A DNA stretch of 64,000 nucleotides from positions 14,818,001 through 14,882,000 of the forward strand of contig NC_079165.1 of the NCBI RefSeq assembly GCF_947568905.1. Reading direction: 5' to 3'. Of the stretch, positions 56,901-64,000 are shown piece after piece. Origin of the DNA: Ostrea edulis. Taxonomy: Eukaryota. A program made the position numbers and the translations under genes. The stretch's first letter is position 1. Every line of letters begins with the position of its first letter. The notes below the pieces were generated by a model that did not search any database, was not told where the DNA came from, and saw nothing but the letters and a program-made list of their open reading frames with translations.

Positions 56901-59900
56901 ATGTAAACCAATACATCGTAATACTATAACACGTTACACAGGATGTAAACCAATACATCGTAATACTATAACACGTTACACAGGATGTAAACCAATACAT
57001 CGTAATACTATAACACGTTACACAGGATGTAAACCAATACATCGTAATACTATAACACGTTACACAGGATGCACAGTTGATGATGTAAATATAAACAAGG
57101 AAATGTGTTCCTGTTATCATCAGAGGGTAAATGACAATTGCCAACATCATAAGAAAAACTGACAGTAAGTTCCCACAATCCTAACACCACCATATCCCCT
57201 ATGATAACAATAAAAACCACATGTGATTTCATTGCCATAAAACAAGCAAGTTATCCTCTCCACATTGTAGACTTTGTATGAGAAGGTTTTGACACACAAT
57301 ATGACAGTGTTTTGTCTCTGACCTGTGTCCACACTCTTGGACTTCCCTCTGTGTAAAATGATCTCCCCGTTACTGGACAAGTGTATAGTCAATAACAGAA
57401 CCTCTTTTTCAGATGGAAGGAACGGCAAAAGAGTTGATGGGGCCGGCTCATACGATGTTTCCTAAAAATTTCAAAAGATTTTATACACTGAGAGGATTTT
57501 ACTTTATTCATGCATTATATGGATATGCATAATTTTGATGTAGAACATCTACTATTCAAACTTAACAATATCTACTTACAATGTCGAACAGTACAGGAGT
57601 TGTTTCTGCACAATCCTGTTTACCGCTGACGGAAGCCGTCGGTCTGAGAACTTCAAGTCGCTTGGCCAATCGTATACGACTCTGTCGCTCTGCTTCCCGC
57701 TCTTCTCTTAGTTTCCTAGTAAACAAATCATCAATTATAAGAAAATTATTCATTGGAATTGTATAAATGCCACTGTCAATTTAAATGCATTCAAGATTTC
57801 TCTATATCTTGTTTTCTAAGAATCAGTTTGGGAAAAATAAGTCAAGTAGATTTATTCTTCTCACAGATGTATGTATAAATAGTTTCAAGAATAAATGTTC
57901 AAAACCTACCTAGCTTTTACTAAACTTCCTCCTTCTGTTTATTATAACCTAAATACATGTAGGTTCTACCAACTTCCTCCTTCTGTTTATTATAATTTAT
58001 TAACATAAATAGTTTCTACTTAGCTTCCTCTATTTTCCTCTGTCTATAACTTACTTAGCTTCCTCTATTTTCCTCTGTCTATAACTTACTTAGCTTCCTC
58101 TGTCTATAACTTACCTAGCTTCCTCTATTTTCCTCTGTCTATAACTTACCTAGCTTCCTCTATTTTCCTCTGTCTATAACTTACCTAGCTTCCTCTATTT
58201 TCCTCTGTCTATAACTTACTTAGCTTCCTCTATTTTCCTCTGTCTTTAACTTACCTAGCTTCCTCTATTTCCTCTGTCTATAACTTACCTAGTTTCCTCT
58301 ATTTTCCTCTGTCTATAACTTGCCTAGCTTCCTCTATTTTCCTCTGTCTATAACTTACCTAGCTTCCTCAATCTTCCTCTGCCTCTCCCTCTCCTCCTCT
58401 CTGACCTTCCTTGCTTTCTCTATAGCAGTTTTCTGTTCCTCTGTCAGCTCTTCTTCAGCCTCCTCTGGTCTTATTTTGGCAGCAAATCGATTGTCCAGTT
58501 CTGCCAAATTAATCACTCTGTTTGGATGCTTGAATGGCTGTGAACTGTTCAAAACAAGTCATTTAAGAGTAAAGAATCTATTGGCCTGACTTCATGCTAT
58601 TTCTACTGTCTTTTTGTGAATTAAGCAAACATTGTACATATAAACAAAGAAATAGATTTAACAGGACTAGGGGTGAATCGATATATCGAAATGCACCTGT
58701 ATACACCTGTCCAGCGATATATAATACGGTGTTTCGACGATACGATACGATATAATGTCGGGTTTAAAAATAGCCCTTTTAATAGTCAGGATCGAAGTTC
58801 ATAATTTAAAAATGGCTTCTGACAGGAACATGATTCCTAAGACCATTCTCTCACCAGAGGGCGCGCTACGCAAGCTTCACTGGGGCGTAGCGTAACGCCC
58901 TCTGGTGAGAGATTGTTCCTCAGACTTTAATCCCCGCTTTTACATTGTCACATTGGTGTTTCCTCAGACTTTAATTGTCATTGTTTGTTTTGTTATGAAA
59001 TAAAAGATATTAATTAAACCACTTCATTTTTTTAAATTTTGATATTTTACTTCAGAAAATGCTTAATTACATTGTAAATCCAATATATCGGATATCGCAT
59101 AAGAAAATATTGTATTGTATCGTATCGTATCGGAAAATCTTGAGCAATACACACCCCTAAACAGGACTCATCCCTTCTAGATAAAATGAATATGATTACC
59201 TTGCTAATTTGGGTTTACTTGGCAGAAGGTCAGTACTGACACCCTTAGAGGCCAAGGTCTGTTTCATCCGCCGCCTCTGGTCAATCCAAGACTGCATGTC
59301 ATCTTCTGAGTCACTGTCACTCTCACTACAAAATAATATCATCATAAAAATGTCAACTCTATTAGACATAAAACCTTTGACATATTTCAAAATAAAATCT
59401 TATAAGACTTATATTTGCTTTTTTTTTTTCAACAAGTTTTTCCATTGCATCAGTAATTACGGTATTGACATGGTTTCAAAGGTAGAGAAAAAACAAAACA
59501 GAAACAAAACAGAAACAGCTCTTTTACACAGTGATAAAATGCATTATAGTAAACCCTTTGTACACACCCTTCCTGGGTAATCTGTAGCACTTTCTGAACT
59601 CTCTCAATGCTCTGTTGCTGCTCTTTGACCTTCTGGTCATGGTTTCTAAGGTCAATAAATACCGTCTCTCTTTCTCGCTTTGGTTCTGAAAAGTAACATT
59701 TTACTAAACACTACAGCAAAACATAGATACAAAGAAAACATTTATAATGTCAGACTTAATGTTTTACTAAAACAGACAATATACAGTAAAACATAGATAC
59801 AACAAACACACTTATAATGAATCACTACTTACAATGAAGGGAATAGTTGTAATAAAACAATCTCTACTGCATCACTATAATCATGTTTTATTGTACATTT

Positions 59901-62900
59901 AATGTTATTCTTCAATTTTAAAGTCCTATCCTGATGTATGCGTATAGAAAATGTATAAATAATATTTTGTTTGTTTACATGGAATAAAATAGCTCAATCT
60001 TTATAAATATCTAAAATCTGTTTTTCTACCTAAGTTCAGTGATCAATAGTTAACATTGATTAATAATACCTGGGTTTTTTCACCCAGCAGTTTATTCTTT
60101 GGTGTGGGAGTATTTTACATGGATTTTTCGGGCCTGCACTTTATTTGTTGTTGTGGGAGTAATTTAACCTGGATTTTTTTTCAGTCTGCAGTTTATTCTT
60201 TGGTGTGGGAGTAATTTTACCTGGGTATTTTTGGCCTGCAGTTTATTCGTTGGTGTAATTTTACCTGGATTTTTTTTAGCCTGCAGTTTATTCTTTGGTG
60301 TGGGAATAATTTTACCTGGATTTTTTTCAGTCTGCAGTTTATCCTTTGGTTTGGGAGTAATTTTACCTGGATTTTTTTCAGCCTGCAGTTTATCTTTTGG
60401 TATGGGAGTAATTTTACCTGGATTTTTTTCAGCCTGCAGTTTATCCTTTGGTATGGGAATAATTTTACCTGGATTTTTTTCAGCTTGCAGTTTATCCTTT
60501 GGTGTGGGAGTAATTATTCTCAGTGGACCGTCGTTATTACTCGTGTTTGTACCACAGCTGGTAGACGTAATTTTCTTCTCTAAAATTTTTAATTAAAAAC
60601 GTAAATGGTAATTAGATTACAACTTCTTGTTTCATGGCAAAATGAGATGTGAAAACATTAAAAAACAATGACTACTTCTCATGACATTTTCATAGCACAC
60701 GTCTGTACACTTACTGCATAATGCTAACCATGAAGGTACTTGTGATCATTTACCTATCTCCTCCTGAGGAGGAGGTTTCCTTCTTGTAAACAGTGAACTT
60801 TCGGACTTGTTATCGGTCTCAATGACATCAGCATCCTTGTCCACAGTGGCTCTGACTCCGGTCATTGGGTCAATATCAGTCAGATCCTCCCCGGACTGCT
60901 TCATGGAGAACTCAGCCAATCTCTGAATCAGAGTCTGGGGTTGAGCATTCTCCTCTTCTAAAAGTTTAATATTGTTAGAAAACAAAATTATTATGAACAA
61001 AAACAGTGCACTACTCCTTTAAACGGTTTTAAAAGTGAATATTAAACATGTTTTATTAAGACAGAAAGAACCCTGAAACTTGTTTTTAACAAAGATAAGA
61101 TGTCACTCTTTGTTGACAACTCAAATGCACAAACTACACCATTGTGTAAACTACCTGGGTTAGATAGTACCTCTACCTGGTTAGATTTGAGGTATGATCT
61201 AACCCTGTGTTTCACACAATGAAATTACACTATAATGTTTGAAACAGAAGGTGAACTGACTCTACAAGATGATTACATGACATATTTTTGTGTTCAAATA
61301 CATGTAGGTATCACCCCTCTAAGTTCATCAAAATATCGATACTTCTGTGTTCATCTAGGATTCAATATCCCTTTGTTTGTCTAGAAATCAATACCTTTGT
61401 GTTGATCCAGGAATCTGTTGGATCCTTCCCCGGCCCCTATCAGTGACTGGATCCTCTGTTGCCTGGCCCAGGCTTCCCTGACAACCGGAGGGACAGAGGA
61501 ATTCATCTGGTGCTCCTCGTCCAGTGTACACAAGATGAGGTCTAAAGCAAATCACAACACATAAATATACATAGATCTGTAAATTAAGACAACTAAGACA
61601 GTAAAAAAATTTGCAAGTGAGCCATGAATCTTGAGCATTATGAATGTCATGTATTCATAAGAAAAGATGTGTTCAAGAACATCTGTATTCGTTTGATATG
61701 TGAGGAACACAGCTGACATTTTACCTATATTCAGATTATTGGACAAAAGTCTTGGAGGAGATGCAGGAACGATGTTTGACACCAGTTCTTTCTCACTCCT
61801 CCTAATTTCCTCTGCTGTCACCATTCTGTTCATACGCTTGTCCCCTGACTGATACGATCCCACTCCAGATGATGAGCTGGCCTTAGCCTTTGTCTCACTG
61901 GTTGACTCTTTCTCATGTTTCTCCAACTCTTCATCTACGCTGACTGTTTCAACTTTCTTCTCCATGCCAAGCTCCTCCTCCATTGCACTAAATGCACCAG
62001 CCAGGGGTGGGAAGTCATCGTCTGTCTGACTTCCACATTGGGTCATTGTTGAAATACTGGCTACACTTTTTCTCTCTTTAAATTTGTCCTTCTCATCATG
62101 AGCTTCAATGACCACTTCTGTCCAGCTTGTAGATTTTCCTCCCTGATTTTTCGGTCTTTGTGCGCCTGCCATGACTGTGTCATTGTCCTGGGTCTCTATA
62201 GTGTCTGTTTCTACATCTAGTCTAATATTTGCCAGGGAGAGAGAGTCTACACTTGGTCGCAGAAGTTCCGAGAATGTCTCTCCACATTGACTTGTGTCTA
62301 GATCTTTATCATCATCAAACAATGAAGTGTTGAACAAAGATCGGTGGAAAATTTCTTGATCCTCATTGTCAGAACTTACCTAAGTCCAAATTAAAACAAG
62401 ACAAGTTTTATAATACATCTCTAAGAAACATCAAACCAAAAACAAAGTTAGAATGACTTGTAATTGTCTTTCTTTCAATTTTCATTTTCAATAACCATTT
62501 CACACTTGTATTTAATGATACTCTGTATATAAGACTCACTCCTGTTCCTAACTCATTGTAAATGTTTCGTTTTTTGGTTTTTTTGCTTTGTACATAACTG
62601 TCACTTTGTAAATGTTTCTGTATTTGTTTACAGTTTCGGACTATATGCAGGGATTTATCTAGGTTGTTTTTACTACTGGTAAAAGGTACCTTTCCCCTTT
62701 GGTAACAAATGAATATTTCCCCTTCCACAGATAAAAAATCCCCTTCATTTGTAGAAACTTCACAAAATTGTATGAGAATTTTCACCAAAAATCATTTTTA
62801 AAAATACATTTCAAGTCATTTTCTATAATTTTGTCAGACTTACAATACATGTATACATAAAATGAGTAATCAATCAATTTGTATGGCTGTAAAAATCATG

Positions 62901-63348
62901 GATGTCCCCCACCCCCATCCCCTGGAAGCTCATGACTCCATTCTCAAAAATTCCCCATGAATATAAAATGGGTAGTAATTAACATCTAAATGCTGGATAA
63001 AACTCTGATATGCATGATATGTACACTGTGCTCAGACCTATGGGTCCAGATCTGTTGAATAAAGTCTTCTATTCCTTCCCATAACCATGGCAAATGTCAT
63101 AATTCATTAATACAGCTGCTGATATTTAGATTAGGTTAACCTGAATTTTATTGTTAGCAAATTATAAATCTTACATCTGATAGGTCAAAATCAATGGACG
63201 GAAGATTTTTCTCCACTTCAGCAAATATGGAATCTAACTTAGGTTTCAACTGGGAATGTTCTGGGACGGGGAAATCTGGCAGGTCTCTGACTCCACCTGC
63301 TGCAGACAAAAACAGCTCGCTGTCACTGTTGTCGTCACTCGAATCCAT
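20857..63348 (-). CDS. DNAAF8: DNAAF8/C16orf71 (Daap1)-like dynein axonemal assembly factor with five NDK-like repeats; 27 coding exons, about 1769 aa
   Basis: The N-terminus LDSIFAEVEKNLPSIDFD.SD..EIFHR and the TVFIDLR motif match DNAAF8/DUF4701 as I recall it. C-terminal NDK-like domains are as in non-mammalian Daap1. All 26 intron phases are consistent and the summed exon length 5310 is divisible by 3. Confidence 0.85.
23795..23822 (+). mobile_element. solo terminus of the Penelope-like element
   Basis: TTATGAGATTGATCACTGTTCGTTATCTTCACCTT. Confidence 0.6.
26424..26505. repeat. short CpG-rich 23-bp tandem repeat (CTGCGCACGCGTTAACGATGATC), about 3 copies
   Basis: Directly visible. Confidence 0.8.
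27628..27698 (-). pseudogene. degenerate tRNA-like head (A and B box) within a repeat
   Basis: TAGCTCAGTAG...GGTTCAAGTC; no proper cloverleaf. Confidence 0.5.
28571..28700 (+). pseudogene. tandemly duplicated (63-bp) tRNA-like head
   Basis: TAGTTCAGTGGT.AGA...CCCGGGTTC occurs twice; no cloverleaf. Confidence 0.5.
29040..29556. mobile_element. MITE, possibly Kolobok-type
   Basis: Inverted ends GACTGATTCACGATTTT and AAAATTGTGAATCAGTC; right end CCCT followed by TTAA. Confidence 0.5.
30269..30477. mobile_element. TACTGTATACAGGG-type MITE (related copy at 38625-38842)
   Basis: TACTGTATAC start and GGGCGAAAA..CCCGTAT..AGT end. Confidence 0.5.
32690..32759 (-). CDS. DNAAF8: DNAAF8-like exon 26 (SDFGADSIIGRYGGGIFRPTDIKQ)
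   Basis: Acceptor CTGTCAG, donor GTACGG, phase 2 to 0. Confidence 0.8.
33450..33535 (-). CDS. DNAAF8: DNAAF8-like exon 25 (VPMLLSGPALVFALQRDNAV..)
   Basis: NDK SGP.L.L.L motif; donor GTGAGC; phase 0 to 2. Confidence 0.85.
34106..34196 (-). CDS. DNAAF8: DNAAF8-like exon 24 (EFEIVGARMVWFTQEQAE..)
   Basis: NDK F.I...M..T.EQA motif; phase 2 to 0. Confidence 0.85.
34252..38458 (-). mobile_element. L1/Tx1-clade non-LTR retrotransposon, 4.2 kb, APE-RT ORF only, 12-bp TSD
   Basis: APE (TINCQGL, CLQDTH, VNIYGPN, GDFN, SDH), RT (NWRPITLLN, DFEKALD, RQGDPIAP, YADD) and C-terminal CSFC..HIF..C. Two in-frame stops (37578, 36489) and one frameshift (~35214). A-rich tail. TSD CAGTATATATTT at 34240-34251 and 38459-38470. 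Confidence 0.93.
34370..38195 (-). pseudogene. disrupted ORF2 (endonuclease plus reverse transcriptase) of the L1/Tx1 element
   Basis: ORFs 37578-38195, 36489-37274 and 35214-36413 are in one frame separated by single stops; 34370-35158 follows a frameshift. Confidence 0.92.
39418..39532 (-). CDS. DNAAF8: DNAAF8-like exon 23 (EIQLLLQTTCIVLKPP..EEILKQ)
   Basis: Strong polypyrimidine acceptor, donor GTGAGT, phase 1 to 2; start of NDK-like repeat 5. Confidence 0.85.
39639..40934. mobile_element. non-autonomous TIR DNA transposon, TA TSD, with GCTCAC/GTTCAC subterminal repeats
   Basis: TA-CAGTCCCTTAAATGATCTACTTT ... AAAGTAGAACGTTTCAGGGACTG-TA. Confidence 0.8.
40995..41215. repeat. 24-bp minisatellite (GGAAAGGATTTACAATACACAGAA), about 9 copies
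   Basis: Directly visible. Confidence 0.92.
41332..41434 (-). CDS. DNAAF8: DNAAF8-like exon 22 (ITGPAIDDLMD..HSAI)
   Basis: Acceptor TTTCAG, donor GTAAAC, phase 0 to 1. Confidence 0.75.
43241..43420. repeat. 45-bp tandem repeat, 4 copies, inside the transposon
   Basis: TGGGTAATGGCTTGGACATAGTTAGGTGACTAATGGCAGTTTTCA. Confidence 0.95.
43487..43596. repeat. 26-bp tandem repeat, 4 copies, inside the transposon
   Basis: GCCGATCAAACTGCCCAGTGTTATCA. Confidence 0.95.
44678..44772 (-). CDS. DNAAF8: DNAAF8-like exon 21 (GSKNFPHAVQELKMFF..)
   Basis: Completes NGLHGS..ELKMFF; phase 1 to 0. Confidence 0.9.
45133..45328 (-). CDS. DNAAF8: DNAAF8-like exon 20 (YLSSGPLLILALERENSV..GPCDP..NGLH)
   Basis: Canonical NDK motifs; phase 0 to 1. 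Confidence 0.92.
45774..46005 (-). CDS. DNAAF8: DNAAF8-like exon 19 (TTLLVIKPRAV..LEGFKVVGLR)
   Basis: NDK start motif; phase 2 to 0. Confidence 0.92.
46617..46866 (-). CDS. DNAAF8: DNAAF8-like exon 18 (EPALVLALRGIDAF..AFFTDKE)
   Basis: Phase 1 to 2; end of NDK-like repeat 3. Confidence 0.88.
47241..48010 (-). mobile_element. HINE-type terminal fragment (AACAAGAGGCCCATGGG..), its ~140-bp body present twice at a 602-bp period
   Basis: GCATAGAATCGCTCTTCTGATAC...GTAGGTCACATCTCC at 47258 and 47860. Confidence 0.6.
47395..48785. repeat. 35/38-bp minisatellite (ACAGGAATAGACAGGAAATGTTACCTGTCACACCTCCT) starting at the exon 17 donor
   Basis: About 30 copies; each carries CAG/GTAACA on the minus strand. 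Confidence 0.95.
48786..48965 (-). CDS. DNAAF8: DNAAF8-like exon 17 (GKLLG..EGFELLGMKWL..HTLMS)
   Basis: Phase 1 to 1. Confidence 0.85.
49124..49535. repeat. 38-bp minisatellite (CAGAGACTGACCCACAAAGATTCCTGAGTTATTTATAT) overlapping the exon 16 donor
   Basis: About 11 diverged copies. Confidence 0.9.
49536..49668 (-). CDS. DNAAF8: DNAAF8-like exon 16 (CIDHEIQVNPNFVVPKLY..)
   Basis: Acceptor TTTACAG; donor GG/GTCAGT inferred from phase. Confidence 0.75.
49790..49911. repeat. ~46-bp inverted repeat (foldback/MITE-like)
   Basis: CTTGATGGCGATATCATAGGGAAAATTGGATGGAAAACT and AGTTTTCCATCCAATTTTCCCTATAATACCACCATCAAG. Confidence 0.85.
50150..50256 (-). CDS. DNAAF8: DNAAF8-like exon 15 (ENMQSAV..LGGDFSK), GC-AG donor
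   Basis: Donor AAG/GCAAGT gives the required phase 0. Confidence 0.75.
50354..50545 (-). CDS. DNAAF8: DNAAF8-like exon 14 (GIDNNLLRVF..CFLLLLEKENA..)
   Basis: Donor GTAAGT; phase 1 to 1. Confidence 0.85.
50619..50824. mobile_element. Tc1/mariner-type MITE, TA TSD
   Basis: TA-CTGTAAAAGCCGTTATTTAC ... GTAAATAACCACTTTTACAG-TA. Confidence 0.75.
50862..51172 (-). CDS. DNAAF8: DNAAF8-like exon 13 (TGSPK..EIILVISP..KGFRIRGVKR)
   Basis: Phase 2 to 1, donor GTAAGT. Confidence 0.88.
51763..52577 (-). CDS. DNAAF8: DNAAF8-like exon 12 (815 nt; KFLSTNTLHTVCPWL..GPTDPALARRTDPNSL..)
   Basis: Long ORF containing NDK-like repeat 1; phase 0 to 2. Confidence 0.92.
52579..53425. repeat. 84/85-bp minisatellite abutting the exon 12 acceptor, about 10 copies
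   Basis: TACAAAGTTAACCAAAGCTTGTACAATATATACCACCCATCACAACG... Confidence 0.95.
53426..53543. repeat. 23-bp tandem repeat (AACATACAATATACACACAGTGA)
   Basis: About 5 copies; it resumes after the MITE at 54441. Confidence 0.85.
53544..54440. mobile_element. hAT-type MITE with 8-bp TSD ATATACAC
   Basis: Ends AGGGCTG ... CAGCCCTA, CGATA-rich subterminal repeats, TSD at 53536-53543 and 54441-54448. Confidence 0.85.
54622..55046. repeat. 42-bp minisatellite (CACAAGCTTAATTAAATCCCTGTTAATCAGTGACATGTGGTC), about 10 copies
   Basis: Near-identical units. Confidence 0.96.
55102..55248 (-). CDS. candidate alternative terminal exon (DLQGL..ILTNIE*)
   Basis: Acceptor CTCTCAG in phase 0 with the exon 11 donor; 48 codons then TAA; GC-richer than its flanks. 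Confidence 0.35.
   Translation of the reverse strand, partial: DLQGLMNEDGFMGIHAFSQARGLPSTPLPFESEDEDPWREKQILTNIE
55813..56060 (-). CDS. DNAAF8: DNAAF8-like exon 11 (GLGLSASYTVLLTWLMSMVP..SKTK)
   Basis: Phase 1 to 0. Confidence 0.88.
56058..56265. repeat. ~69-bp tandem repeat, 3 copies, each containing a copy of the exon 11 acceptor
   Basis: Minus strand ..TGTTCGTTGTTCCAG/GTC, ..GTCATTCCAG/GTC, ..ATCGTTCCAG/GTC. Confidence 0.8.
56745..57070. repeat. 42-bp minisatellite (CATCGTAATACTATAACACGTTACACAGGATGTAAACCAATA), about 8 copies
   Basis: Directly visible. Confidence 0.95.
57323..57461 (-). CDS. DNAAF8: DNAAF8-like exon 10 (ETSYEPAPSTLLPF..LLLTIHLSSNGE..)
   Basis: Phase 0 to 1. Confidence 0.85.
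57580..57715 (-). CDS. DNAAF8: DNAAF8-like exon 9 (RKLREEREAE..TPVLFDI)
   Basis: Donor GTAAGT; phase 2 to 0. Confidence 0.88.
58015..58358. repeat. 35-bp minisatellite copying the end of exon 8 plus its donor, about 10 copies
   Basis: Minus-strand unit TTATAGACAGAGGAAAATAGAGGAAGCTAG/GTAAG versus exon end GGCAGAGGAAGATTGAGGAAGCTAG/GTAAG. Confidence 0.92.
58359..58544 (-). CDS. DNAAF8: DNAAF8-like exon 8 (SQPFKHPNRVINLAELDNRF..EEAR)
   Basis: Phase 2 to 2. Confidence 0.88.
58668..59159. mobile_element. hAT-type MITE with 8-bp TSD AACAGGAC
   Basis: TAGGGGTG ... CACCCCTA; TSD at 58660-58667 and 59160-59167. Confidence 0.88.
58844..58915. mobile_element. 72-bp hairpin micro-MITE nested in the hAT MITE
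   Basis: 17-bp perfect stem TCTCTCACCAGAGGGCG plus 8-bp inner stem; flanking direct repeat TTCCT(A/C)AGAC. Confidence 0.65.
59200..59325 (-). CDS. DNAAF8: DNAAF8-like exon 7 (ESDSDSEDDMQSW..)
   Basis: Phase 2 to 2. Confidence 0.85.
59568..59685 (-). CDS. DNAAF8: DNAAF8-like exon 6 (ETVFIDLRNH..)
   Basis: TVFIDLR hallmark; phase 1 to 2. Confidence 0.9.
60070..60500. repeat. 51-bp repeat overlapping the end of exon 5 (KIxPxPKDKLQAEKNPG units)
   Basis: About 9 units, most with CCAG/GTAAAA on the minus strand. Confidence 0.92.
60469..60579 (-). CDS. DNAAF8: DNAAF8-like exon 5 (shortest form; the donor could be any of several repeat copies)
   Basis: Acceptor TTTTAG, phase 1 to 1. Confidence 0.7.
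60754..60957 (-). CDS. DNAAF8: DNAAF8-like exon 4 (EEENAQPQTLIQRLAEFSMKQS..)
   Basis: Phase 1 to 1. Confidence 0.88.
61395..61541 (-). CDS. DNAAF8: DNAAF8-like exon 3 (DLILCTLDEE..)
   Basis: Phase 1 to 1. Confidence 0.85.
61725..62379 (-). CDS. DNAAF8: DNAAF8-like exon 2 (655 nt, acidic and low-complexity)
   Basis: VSSDNEDQEIFHRSLFN..; phase 0 to 1. Confidence 0.9.
63175..63348 (-). CDS. DNAAF8: DNAAF8-like first coding exon (MDSSDDNSD..LPSIDFDLSD)
   Basis: ATG at 63346-63348 and donor GTAAGA. An acceptor at ~63360 suggests an upstream 5'UTR exon. Confidence 0.88.
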
Positions 63349-64000
63349 TTTTCAATATTCTGCAGAATTCATAAAAAATCTAGATCTATAAATCACAACA
63401 TGTACATTTATAACAATATTTCTTTATCTCTGAAGTTAAATATTATTGAAAATTCAGCGTCCCTCCAATCATATGAAACTTGAAATTGGAAGATTCTTCA
63501 ATCCAATTAAAATCTGCTCCTTTTTTAAAAATATTGTCTCTATCTTATGTAGTGACAATATAAAGAATAGAAGAAGCAGATTAAAATGTGATTTTTATCA
63601 GATTGATTTTTTTACAAACATTTGCACATCATTTCTGGGACTCTTAAATCTGCACATGATTTTATCCTTTACCAATAGTAGTTGACTTTTTCTCATATTC
63701 ATTTAATCATTTGGACAACAATGACCATGACAAATGTTGATTGTTTGGAAATTCCCATATGATTCACATGTTTTCGATGGACAACTGCCAAACAGTCTAC
63801 ATCTAAATTAAAATTTAGCTTGAAAAATACTAGGGTTACTTATATGTAATAGCTGTTTGTTTTATTGCAATATATATTTTATCATACATGCAAGTTTTGT
63901 AGCATATATATATATGTAGCTTTTGTTAAAAATACCCCCCCCCTCCCATTATTTTTATACTTTGAAATTGGTTTCTCCGCATCCCATTTTATTTAAGCAT

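Noticed and set aside
52703-57150. ORFs 52703-53695, 54583-55096 and 56725-57150 as genes
   Set aside because: They are translations of 84-, 23- and 42-bp minisatellites.
58320-60596. Hydrophobic plus-strand ORFs (58320-58589, 59209-59580, 60231-60596)
   Set aside because: They are antisense shadows of charged DNAAF8 exons and repeats.

Overview
AT-rich eukaryotic genomic DNA, very probably from a bivalve. Its SINE, Helentron/HINE and Penelope-like repeats look like those of oysters (Ostreidae); this is by recognition, not a database search. The dominant feature is one minus-strand gene spanning 20857-63348. I reconstructed it by hand as 27 coding exons with every intron phase consistent (5310 nt, about 1769 aa). 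It encodes a DNAAF8/C16orf71/Daap1-like protein with an N-terminal DUF4701-type region followed by five NDK-like repeats, only one of which keeps the catalytic His motif. Its introns hold a near-intact, TSD-flanked L1/Tx1-type LINE that lacks ORF1, several MITEs, and many minisatellites, at least six of which sit on splice sites and five of which multiply them. The first 19 kb is repeat-rich: minisatellites, three HINEs, tRNA-SINEs, Naiad-type Penelope RT remnants, and a CR1/L2-type LINE whose RT core is replaced by a Penelope fragment. I found no CRISPR array, rRNA or intact tRNA gene.
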